Source: Somniosus microcephalus (Eukaryota). From it: DNA of 64,000 nucleotides. The stretch covers positions 23,126,001-23,190,000 of the forward strand of contig CM126230.1 of NCBI GenBank assembly GCA_052327205.1. The letters run 5' to 3'. Position 1 is the first letter of the stretch, and each line of letters begins with the position of its first letter. A program made the translations under genes and the position numbers. Below are positions 25,804-36,065 of this stretch, one piece after another. The notes beneath the pieces are model-generated. The model was given only the letters and a program-made list of their open reading frames with translations. It searched no databases and was not told the origin of the DNA.

Positions 25804-25839
25804 AGTCAACGTTTCAGGTCGAAACCCTTCGTCAGAACT
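25804..25839 (-). ncRNA. Minimal hammerhead ribozyme motif (left arm)
   Basis: agtt-CTGACGA-agggt-ttcg-acct-GAAA-cg-T-T-gact on the minus strand. Confidence 0.7.
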
Positions 25840-26306
25840 GAGAAAAGAAAGGCAGGAAATGAAACAGATTAAAAGGCAGTTTGGGGGTTGGGAAATGGGG
25901 GAAGGGATGAAAGAAGAGACATTAAGAGATATTCAAGGGGGGACGAGATGGTAATAGGACAGGTAAAGAAACAGACAATGGCTCTAGATGAAGTGTGAAA
26001 TGCGCTGGCAGAGTGAGAGACAGCTGCCATGTGGGAGAGAGAAAAAAAAGGAAATGGCATATTTTTTATCCACACCTTTGGTTTGTGCCTTTTCCTTTTT
26101 TTTTCTCTCTCCCACATGGCAGCTGTCGCTCACTCTGCCAGCGCATTTCACACTTCATCTAGAGCCATTGTCTGTTTCTTTACCTGTCCTATTACCATCT
26201 CGTCCCCCCTTGAATATCTCTTAATGTCTCTTCTTTCATCCCTTCCCCCATTTCCCAGCCCCCAAACTGCCTTTTAATCTGTTTCATTTCCTGCCTTTTT
26301 TTTCTC

Positions 26307-26342
26307 GGTTCTGAAGAAGGGTTTCGACCTGAAACATCGACT
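26307..26342 (+). ncRNA. Minimal hammerhead ribozyme motif (right arm)
   Basis: ggtt-CTGAAGA-agggt-ttcg-acct-GAAA-ca-T-C-gact; stem III palindrome mutated from ACGT to ACAT. Confidence 0.6.
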
Positions 26343-26583
26343 CTGTTTCTCTCTCCACGGATATTGCCTGGCCTGCTGAGTTTTTCCAGCGTTTTCTGTT
26401 GTTATATCAACAAAATCAATATGTCAGTGTTTTTATATAGTTTATACAAAGGGCCTGCAGAGACATTAGCAAAGTGAATGGGCTTTCTCTGTGTATGACC
26501 AAGTCAAGCATTTCCATTGGGATGGTTATCGTTCCATAATCTAGTTCTACAACTGCTTACCGTGCTGAAACAATTAGGCATCT

Positions 26584-27727
26584 ACAACAACAACAACAAC
26601 TTGTATTTATATAGCATCTTTAATGTAGTAAAGTGTCCCAAGGCGCTGCACAGGAGTATTTTAAGACAAAAAAATTGACACCGATCCACATAAGGATAAA
26701 TTAGAGCAGATGACCAAAAGCTTGGTTAAAGAGATAGATTTTAAGGAATGTCTTAAAGGAGGAGAGAGAGGGAGCGAGGCGGAGAGGTTTAGACAGGGAG
26801 TTCCAGAGCTTAGGGCCCAGGCAACAGAAGGCACAGCCACCAAAGGTTGAGCGATTATAATCAGGGATGCTCAAGAGGGCAGAATTAGAGGAGCGCAGAT
26901 ATCTCGGGGGGGTTGTGGGGCTGAAGGAGATTACAGAGATAGGGAGGGGCAAGGCCATGCAGGGATTTGAAAACAAGGATGAGAATTTTGAAATCGAGGC
27001 TTTGCTTAACCGGGAGCCAATGTAGGTCAGCGAGCACAAGGGAGATGGGCGAACGGGACTTGGTGTGCGTTAAGACACGGGCAGCCGAGTTTTGGATGAC
27101 CTCAAGTTTACGTAGTGTAGAATGTGGGAGGCCAGCCAGGAGTGCGTTGGAATAGTCAAGTCTAGAGGTAACAAAGGCATGGATGACGGTTTCAGCAGCA
27201 GATGAGCTGAGGCAGGGGCGGAGACGGGCGATGTTACGGAGGTGGAAATAGGCGGTCTTAGTTATGCCATGGATATGTGGTCGGAAGATCATTTCAGGGT
27301 CAAATATGACACCAAGGTTGCGAACAGTGTGGTTCAGCCTCAAACAGATGTTAGGGAGAGGGATGGAGTCAGTGGCTAGGGAACGGAGTTTGTGGCGGGG
27401 ACCAAGAACAATGGTTTCGGTCTTCCCAATATTTAATTAGAGAACATTTTTGCTCATCCAGAACTATATGTCGGACAAGCAGTCTCACAATTTAGAGACC
27501 GTGGAGGGGTTGAGAGAAGTAGTAGTGAGGTAGAGCTGGGTGTTGTCAGTGAACATGTGGAAACCGACGCTGTGTTTTCAGATGATGTCGCCAAGGGGCA
27601 ACATGTAGATGAGAAATAGGAGGGGGCCAAGGATAGATCCCTGGTAATGATACGGGAGTGGGAAGAGAAGCCGTTGCAGGTGATTCTCTGGTTACGATTA
27701 GATAGATAAGAATGAAACCAGGCGAGT
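26584..27727 (-). mobile_element. L2 LINE 3' portion
   Basis: VRNLGVIFD...AYFHLRNIARLRPCL...HAFVTSRLDYSNALLAGLP; (GTT)n tail. Confidence 0.93.
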
Positions 27728-28228
27728 GCCAGTGCAGCCTTCGGTCGCCTGATGAAGAGAGTGTTTGAAGACCAGGACCTCAAACCCGGCACCAAGCTCA
27801 TGGTCTACAGAGCAGTAGTGATACCCGCCCTCCTGTATGCTTCAGAGACATGGACCATGTACAGCAGGCACCTCAAAGCACTGGAGAGGTACCACAAACG
27901 CTGCCTGCACAGGATCCTGCAAATCCATTGGCAGGATAGGCGCACCAACGTCAGTGTTCTCGCTCAGACCAACATCCCCAGCATCGAAGCTCTGACCACG
28001 CTCAATCAGCTCCAATGGATGGGCCACATCGTCCGCATGCCCGATACGAGACTCCCAAAACAAGCGCTCTACTCGGAGCTCCGACAAGATAGCCCCAGGT
28101 GGGCAGAAGAAATGCTTCAAGGACACCCTCAAAGCCTCCTTGAAAAAGTGCAACTTCCCCACCGACACCTGGGAATCCCTGGCCCAAGACCGCACAAAGT
28201 GGAGGAGAAGCATCCAGGAAGGCGCCAA
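27728..28228 (+). mobile_element. RTE-BovB-like LINE internal fragment
   Basis: TKLMVYRAVVIPALLYASETWT...GHIVRMPDTRLPKQALYSEL. Confidence 0.9.
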
Positions 28229-28344
28229 ATGTCCCAATATCTCCCAGCTTTGGGCCTTTTATTCATTAGAACAGTGTAAAAATCTGGTTGTGAATGAGAA
28301 TAAAGACTAGGAATGATTTCCTAATCAGGCCTGTTGTAACACGG

Positions 28345-28745
28345 GTATGGATCATAAGCAATGGGTATGAATTCTAATCAATGGGAATGGGTGATAAGCA
28401 ATGGGTATGAATTCTAATCAATGGGAATGGGTGATAAGCAATGGGTATGGCTGTTAATCATAGAATCATAGACATTTATGGCACAGAAGGAGGCCATTTG
28501 GCTCATCATGTCTGTGTTGGTTGAAAAAGAGCTATCCAGCTGAATCCCACTTTCTAGATCTTGGCTCGTAGCCCAATAATCAATGAGTATGATTGGTACT
28601 CAGTGGGTAATAATGGTAAATCCATGATTGTGAATGGTAATCTATCAGTATGCATAATGGCCAATAGGTATGGATTGTAATCAATGAATATGCATGATTA
28701 TTATTGATAAATGAATGGGTGTGAATGGTAATGAATGATAATCAA
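28345..28745. repeat. Degenerate 20/40-bp tandem repeat with a CR1 tail inserted at ~28460-28575
   Basis: GATAAGCAATGGGTATGAATTCTAATCAATGGGAATGGGT unit repeated, then decaying AATCAATG-type units. Confidence 0.7.
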
Positions 28746-29017
28746 TGAAAGAGCTGCAAGGTTGGCTGAGGGCTTGGCATGGGTCAGTAAGTGTGTCCTA
28801 ACTAGGAGAATAAGGCCATTAGTTGTGAGGCCAAGTTTTCTCACATGGTTTGAATTCAAGCCTTCTGATTAAAAGAATGGAGCACGCCAAGCTGTGCCAA
28901 CAAAGTAAAAGTCAGTGTGCCAGTCGACCCCTAACACTGACAGGAAACCTGGAGGGAAAAACCTCTTCCATGCTGAACTTTTTTAAAGGAACAAAAATCA
29001 TTTTCCAAATGATATTA

Positions 29018-29349
29018 CAGGAAACTTTCTGGTATCCGGCACTGATGGGACCGAGCTGGTGCCGTTAGATCAAAACTGCCGTATAAATCAGCGCTATGTT
29101 AAAACATACAGAGCTTTTCAGCTCCGTGTGAATCAACAAACCCTGTTGCTTAGCAACAGCTTCAAAACAGTCAGCTGCAGCTGCAAGCGTCTCTAGCTGA
29201 AGCTGTTGCTTAGCTACAGACCTTGCAGAGCCTGACTGGGGAAAAAAAAGCAACGAGAAGTAAAAAAACTTATAGAAAACGGCTCCTGAATTTTGCCGGT
29301 AGATAGAGCTTTCCGGACTTTTAACCTCCGGTTAAACGAAAGTTTCCTG
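29018..29349. mobile_element. Tc1/mariner (Tigger/pogo-like) MITE
   Basis: TA-CAGGAAACTTTC ... GAAAGTTTCCTG-TA. Confidence 0.85.
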
Positions 29350-29632
29350 TACAGGGTAAATCCAAAACCTTCATTTTGCAGGATTTTTTTTCAATAAACT
29401 AAAAGTCTCCACATTTGCCACACACTTAAAAGTTTTGGTGACCACAGGGTTAAAAAGATGTGAAACAGAAATGCTTACAAACCACACCCTTGGACATTCC
29501 CAGTATTACTGAGAAGAACAGAAAGTACTAAAAAAAACACAGGTCTCATTTTGTTGGTCGGTTTTCACTGTGAGCTTAGTGGAATTTTTCAATTGCAAGG
29601 ACCAGAGCACAAAGTTAACTGAAGCACAAGTT

Positions 29633-29825
29633 ACATAGAATATTCAGCACAGAAACAGGCCATTCGGCCCAACCAGTCTGGCGTTTATGCTCCACTCGCG
29701 TCTCCTCCCATCCTTCCTCATCTAACTCTATCAGCGTATCCCTCTATTCCCTTCTCACTCATGTGCTTATCCAGCTTCCCCTTAAATGCATCCATTTGCC
29801 TCAACTGCTCCCAGTGGTAGCAAGT
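29633..29825 (-). mobile_element. CR1 3' fragment
   Basis: ACATAGAA tail, CAGGCCATTCGGCCCAAC hairpin, ...FKGKLDKHMSEKGIEGY. Confidence 0.75.
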
Positions 29826-29857
29826 TTAGAAATTGTGCTTTTGATCCCAAAGCCCAA

Positions 29858-30546
29858 GGGGGAAAATTTGGGTCATGCCCCAAAAAAGTTAGCACCCCCC
29901 ATGCCCAAAATTGAATGGTAGCGCCCCAAGCAGGAGGCGCGGCGCTACTGGAAGCGCTCTCCTCCCTCTTGGGGCGCTCCCACTGAATATCGTGGTGTTA
30001 CGTGCAGCAGCGCCACATGCATCAGCACATAGCGCCGCAGTACTGCAGACCTCCCTCCCCTGATTAAAGGGGAGGGGCCTAGCGCAGCGCGCACCGGAGC
30101 CCTGCTGGACCACCGGGGAGCGGGGTGCCGGCAAAAGAGCCCGGCACTCAAGGATCGCGGCCGGCACTCTTCAGGAGCAGGCGAGAGGGGGCAGGTGCTG
30201 GCAGGCGGCCCAAAAAAAATGGCCGCCCGGCACCTGCTCTTTAATTTGCGCGGCCGCGGCCATAAACACAGCACCCTGACCCTGTCAGACATAGCGTCCA
30301 GCGGTAGGTCAGGGGGCGCGAGCCAAGTTTGCGGCTGGGACGCGAGCGGGGCACTGCGCACGGTGATGACATCATCACCGGAGGTGTAGTGCCGCGGGGC
30401 GCTACCGGCTACTGCTACTGCTAACCTCCTGCTGAATTTCGCGGGAGGCATTAGCGGCGCCGCGCCCGGGCGCTGGGTGCTTTGCGCCCCGTTAGCACCC
30501 CCTCGGGGATCTAACAGGTGGCGCAAAGCAACCGAATTTTCCCCCC
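29858..30546. mobile_element. GC-rich Harbinger-type MITE, family D
   Basis: GGGGGAAAATT / AATTTTCCCCC with CAA on both sides. Confidence 0.85.
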
Positions 30547-30564
30547 CAAATGTTTAATTCCCAG

Positions 30565-30910
30565 CCTGATCTTACTGTCTCTATGCCAATTTGCACGTGG
30601 CTCAGGCAGTAATCCAGAGATTAGTACCCTCGAGGCCCTGCTTTTTAATTTAGTTCCTAACACCTGATACTCCGTCAGCAGGACCTCCTCCCTGCTCCTA
30701 CCTATGTCATTTGTTCCAACATGGACCACGACAATTGGATTTACCCCCTCCCTTTCCAAATTGCTCTCCAGCCACCTTGAGATATCCCTTACCCTGGTAC
30801 CGGGTAGGCAACACACCCTTCGGAACTCTCGCTCGTGGCTGCAGAGGACGCTATCTATCCCCTAATTATAGAATACCCTATCTCTACTACATTTCTATTC
30901 TGTTCCTCCC
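30565..30910 (-). mobile_element. CR1 ORF1 (SGNH esterase) fragment
   Basis: CCLPGTRVRDIS...[12 protein letters not shown]...ISGLLPEP; homologous to 59534-60490. Confidence 0.88.
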
Positions 30911-31860
30911 CACCTCGGACAGCCTTGAGTTGACAGCCAAGTGTTATAACTAGCCGATGTTGCCTATTCTGCAATCGAACTGTTTCTTCATACACTCCAG
31001 TGATCAGTAGAAAGCCCAACACTTTCAGATTTAAACTCCTCTTATGCAGACTTTATTAACGTTCCATTCTGCCTCCCCTCAGCAGCCAGACAGCGTGCTG
31101 AACTACCCTGAAATCTTAATTAAATTCTTCAACTGTATAACCATAAGGGAGAGATTAGTGTCTCTGCTCCCACCAATTAGGTTGCCTTATTCTAATATAA
31201 TTGTCTACTAGTTTTATGTAGAATTTACTACTTTACAGTTCCACAGTCCTCACATTTAATGAGCAAAATAACACAACATACCAGTCCGGGGCTCCCTTGA
31301 TCTTTGTTTCCACATATTTCCTGCTACAGTAGAGACTTCTCCACATTTTGCGCGCATCTGCTGCCCTGCTTCACCAGTTATAAGCAGAAGAATGTAGCGA
31401 GTAACCACATCCTCATGCATCATTCCCCTTGACAAAAACAAGGCAGAGAGTCCAACTGGAGGGATGTGAGATCGTAGGAGCAGCAAATAGCCCATAAATT
31501 TGAAGCAAGAAGCCCACACTACCACTTCGCTACAAGCTGACTGTTGCTTTTCTTTAAAAGATAATCCCAGCTAGCTGCTTTCCACATGTGTCATATCCCC
31601 TACTGCCCTCCCCCTTTTCCTCTTCTTTCTTCTCCGTACTTTCTCTTTCTCTTCAGTTTGGGATGGGGGAACACTTCAGTTGGTCGACCTTGCCATGAAT
31701 GGGATGCCAATCATTGGATAAGGCTGTAGGTGGAGCTCTATTTATTCCCCTCACCTGGACAATCTGTGACTGACAAGCTCATCCCTTGAAGAAGTTGGAT
31801 ACTGAATGTTAGTTGAGGCTGATTTTCCAGCTTGGCCTCCCGATTACTGGTTAAACAACT

Positions 31861-32585
31861 TAGAAAAACATAGAGAAAAAAATAGGAGCAGGAGTAGGCC
31901 ATTCGGCCCTTCGAGCCTGCTCTGCCATTCAATATGATCATGGCTGATCCTCTATCTCAATACCATATTCCTGCTCTCTCCCCCATACTCCTTGATGCCT
32001 TTTATGTCTAGAAATCTATCCAACTCCTTCTTAAATATACTGTACTCAGTGACTTGGCCTCCACAGCCTGCTGTGGTAGGGAATTCCATAGGTTCAGCAC
32101 CCTCTGAGTGAAGAAATGTCCTAAATGTCCTACCCCGTAACCTGAGACTGTGACCCCTCATTCTAGACCCTCCAGCCAGGGGAAACACCCTCCCTGCATC
32201 CAGTCTGTCTAGCCCTGTCAGAATTTTATGCGTTTCAATGAGATCCCCTCTCATTCTTCTAAACTCTAGTGAATACAGGCCTAGTCGACCCAATCTCTCC
32301 TCATACGACAGTCCTGCCATCCCAGGAATCAGTCTGGTGAACCTTTGCTGCACTCCCTCTATGGCAAGTATATCCTTTCTTAGGTAAGGAGACCACAATT
32401 GCACACAGTACTCCAGGTGTAGTCTCACCAAGGCCCTTTATAACTGTAGTAAGACATCCTTGCTCCTGTACTCAAATCCTCTTGCAATGACGGCCAACAT
32501 ACCATTTGCCTTCCTAACTGCTTGCTGCACCTGCATGTTTACTTTCAGTGACTGGTGTACAAGGACACCCAGGTCCCTCTGTACA
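31861..32585 (-). mobile_element. CR1 LINE 3' fragment
   Basis: [35 protein letters not shown]...RGDLIE. Confidence 0.92.
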
Positions 32586-33068
32586 ACTTGGTGTCATCTT
32601 CAGGCCACCCATCTGCCCACAGACCATTGTACGTTAAATGCCCTTGGATCAGGACAACTGGACCATTCATTTCCTGTAGCTCTGCTTCAGGATCTCATAA
32701 AATGTGCTTTGATCTGTGTTTTCTGGCTCCTGCTCCACTCTGTTTTTGCTGGTTACCTTTTTGCTGCGAGATCTGCTTTAGTGTGGTCAACCCGCCAGAA
32801 TCTGGCTCGAACATATCACTGCCTCCCACCAACTGAAAGATGCAGTAATACTCCCAATTTAGCACCTCGTCATGCTGAAAAGTCTCGAAGCACTTCACAC
32901 AGAGAATTACTTTTTGAAGTGTAGTAGCTGTGTTTATGTGGGACAATGTTGCAACTATTCTGTTCCAGCATTTCTCATGGACTGCAGTTCAGTTTCCCAT
33001 TGGCTTTATTTGTCTGCTCATAAAATGTATCCGTCCCTCCAAGTCCGAGTGAGTATGAATTCTAATCC

Positions 33069-33453
33069 AAAAGCAAAATAATGCGGGTGCTGGAAATCTG
33101 AAATTAAAACAGAAAATGCTGGAAATACTCAGCCGGTCAGGCATCATCCGTGGAGAGAGAAACAGAGTTAACGCTTCAGGTCACCACCACCTCCAAGTTT
33201 CCCTCCAAGTCACACACCATCCTGACTTAGAAGTACATCGCCGATCCTTCATCGTCGCTGGGTCAAAATCCTGGAACTCCCTCCCTAACAGCACTGTGGG
33301 AGCACCTTCACCACACGGACTGCAGCAGCTCAAGAAGGTGGCTCACCACCACCTTCTCAAGGGCAACTGGGGATGGGCAATAAATGCTGGCCTTGCCAGC
33401 GACGCCCACATCCCATAAACGAATAAAAAGAAAAGGTCAATGACCTTTCGTCA
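33069..33453 (-). mobile_element. Penelope pLTR fragment with a family-X LINE end (33184-33433, +) inserted in its hammerhead
   Basis: pLTR sequence is broken at AGGTCA, which is duplicated at 33178-33183 and 33434-33439. Confidence 0.75.
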
Positions 33454-34313
33454 ATGATGTAAAAAGACTGCTGACCGCTTGGTTTGAGTCTCCAGTTCAG
33501 CCCGTCTGTCTTTAGAATTTAGTTTGATTCCACTGAATGCCCGCCGTCCTTTTGAAGATAAGGTGGCCAAAACGGAAGAATTAAGTAACTTGTTTACATC
33601 TGTAATCAAAAGTTCTTGAGGTGCATCAGAGAACCTTGCCTTTTGCTTCAATACAAATCAAAGGTATTCGATATTAGCGGGATTACAGTCACAATGTATT
33701 GTAAATGCCTCAGATCTATAGAAACGGGAAGTGGCAGCTGAACGATGATTAATCGTTCCCAAGGCTCATTTCCTCAGAAGTATAACTTTAAACTGTCTTA
33801 CTGTTTGATGGAATGTACCGGAGGCACTTCTCTAGAAGTTGTCTGTCTGAGTGAATCGGTCAGCTGATGCCAACTTGAGCTGCCCTCAGTTTGTAAGGGA
33901 GTGAATCATTTTTTGGTACATGCAAAAATGGATCCCGCCGTCAATGCAGGAATATCTCATGTATGGAATAGGAGAAAACTAGCATTAGAGCCACCATTTT
34001 GTCTTAAATTTCCCTTTATACCCGTTTCCATCTTTTAAAAAAGGAATCCATTGTTACTGCAATAAATGTAATGACATAACTAATTTAATAAATAAATAAA
34101 CTGAATAAAGCAGAGCAAAATCAGAATATTTCATCATCCGAAAAGCTCTTCCTCCTCTTTTCATACACATTCTGTTGAAATTGAGAGTCGTCACAGTGCC
34201 TCCTCCTCAAACTCATTCTTCCCCAGCAGCTCAGACCTGTTGAATTCCTTATGTCCCTTAGTCTTCCCTTCTTCCTATAGCCCATAGACATTTAAAACCC
34301 AAGGTTGGTGTCA

Positions 34314-34590
34314 ACCTCCCAAACCCGCGACCTCTACCACCTAGAAGGACAAGGGCAGCAGACGCATGGGAACACCACCACCTCCAAGTTCCCCTCCAAG
34401 TCATACACCATCCTGACTTAAAAGTATATCGCCGATCCTTCATCGTCGCTGGGTCAAAATATCCTGGAACTCCCTCCCTAACAGCGGCTCAAGAAGACGG
34501 CTCACCACCACCTTCTCAAAGGCCAATTAGGGATGGGCAATAAATGCTGGCCTCGCCAGCGACGCCCACATCCCATGAATCAATAACAAA
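34314..34590 (+). mobile_element. Family-X LINE 3' fragment
   Basis: Same 3' end as 23975-24445 with an internal deletion. Confidence 0.82.
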
Positions 34591-35016
34591 AATCTAATCA
34601 TTACTAGGGTTATCTCATCTTCTATCCTACTGTTTTCAACCTTGGTGATGCCCTTCACTCTGGGTCTTGGGCCTTCACCGAGGCTTCTCAGTAGAAATAA
34701 AGGCTTAATCGCAAGTCATCCCCCAACAGGTTTACAAAGAGTTGCAACCTTCTTGGCCTATGGAGCACTTTACACTTCTCGGTCCTCACCGCTGCCTGCA
34801 TCAAGCAGATCAGTTATAATATCATTAAATGTGGAGTTAAGCTTCCTCTGCTCTGCCTCAACAATGTGTGCCAGCCTTACCTCAGAAGGCACCCCTTCTA
34901 CGTTACCAGTGTAGCATTGGTCCAATTCTCACTTTTGCCATCTCTGTGGAATATCTGACTGAGATTGTTATGTTAGTGCTAAATTAGGAGCAGTTTTTGC
35001 TATGTGCCCACCACTA

Positions 35017-35348
35017 CAGGAAACTCTCTGGTATCCGGCACCGACGGGACCGGGATGGTGCCGGTTGATTAAAAATTCCGGATGACGGAGAGGGTTATCT
35101 ACTGAAGCTATTTTTAACAAACAAAGAGTCAGACTCCTGTTATTGAGGTGTTCGGACTTCCGACAGTGCCAAGAAGCCAAGTAGTGGCAGTTTGGAGAAC
35201 TACCCCCACTGACTAACTCAGCCACCGTGGGAGACTCGGACTCGGACTTGGCAACAATTCTGGTTATTGAGGTGTTTTCGGAGTATGAATTTTGCCGGTT
35301 AATAGAGAATTCCGGATATTTAGGTGCCGTTTAAATGAGAGTTTCCTG
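35017..35348. mobile_element. Tc1/mariner (Tigger/pogo-like) MITE
   Basis: TA-CAGGAAACTCTC ... GAGAGTTTCCTG-TA; same ends as 29018. Confidence 0.85.
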
Positions 35349-36065
35349 TATTAGGAACTGGACTAAGAAGGTTCCAACTCATTTCACACATCCAGAGCAG
35401 AAAACACGGCCATCCCTTACAGACAACAATCTGAGGAGACTTTCGTTCCATCAATCTGGGCTGGTTTCTTTAAGTGGTGAAACATGCAGTTCTGGAGTCT
35501 ATAAGGAAGCAGTAAGGATGCATTTACACTACAATTGTAGTGTTGGTATGAGGCAACATCTTTCCCCATCCAAGCACCAATGTTAACTTTGGTGCATTCA
35601 TGCACCCTAAGTCTCTAGCTGCTCCCCAGCCAGTTCTGCTCATACACCAGCTCGCCGTGCAATGAAGTGACCTCTGAATATTGATTTTGATAATTCTAAT
35701 TCTTTTTCATATCTACTGAATGAAATCCTTTTGATTCGGATAATTCTGCCTGGCAGGGAATTTGCAGTTTAATCCAAAAAATCACAGTGCAAACGGACCT
35801 ATAACTGAAGCCGGCATAGAGGCCGTGGTGACCATGGATGATGGGATGGCCGTGTTTTCTGTTCTGGATGCGGAATTACTAATCTCAATTGTGTCATTGT
35901 GGGGAATCGCTGAACAGAAATCAGAGGATGTTAGCCTGTGGGGAGAAAACAGCAGAGCGCGATTCACACAATGTGATGCTCGCGTAGCTCCCAGTGTCGT
36001 CGTCACACGGTCCAGTGTTAGTCTCTTCCAATTCAAGTGTTGACCCTCATATGGCTCATCGCACT

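Larger units (their letters stand above)
25711..26405. mobile_element. Palindromic Penelope-derived element (inverted pLTR pair)
   Basis: Arms ~25740-26059 and ~26086-26405 are near-perfect reverse complements; 16-bp TSD ATCAACAAAATCAATA (25695-25710 / 26406-26421). Confidence 0.85.

Noticed and set aside
33800-34035. Extra exon with a good GTAAG donor
   Set aside because: All frames contain stops and no motif match was recognised, so it is not listed as an exon.
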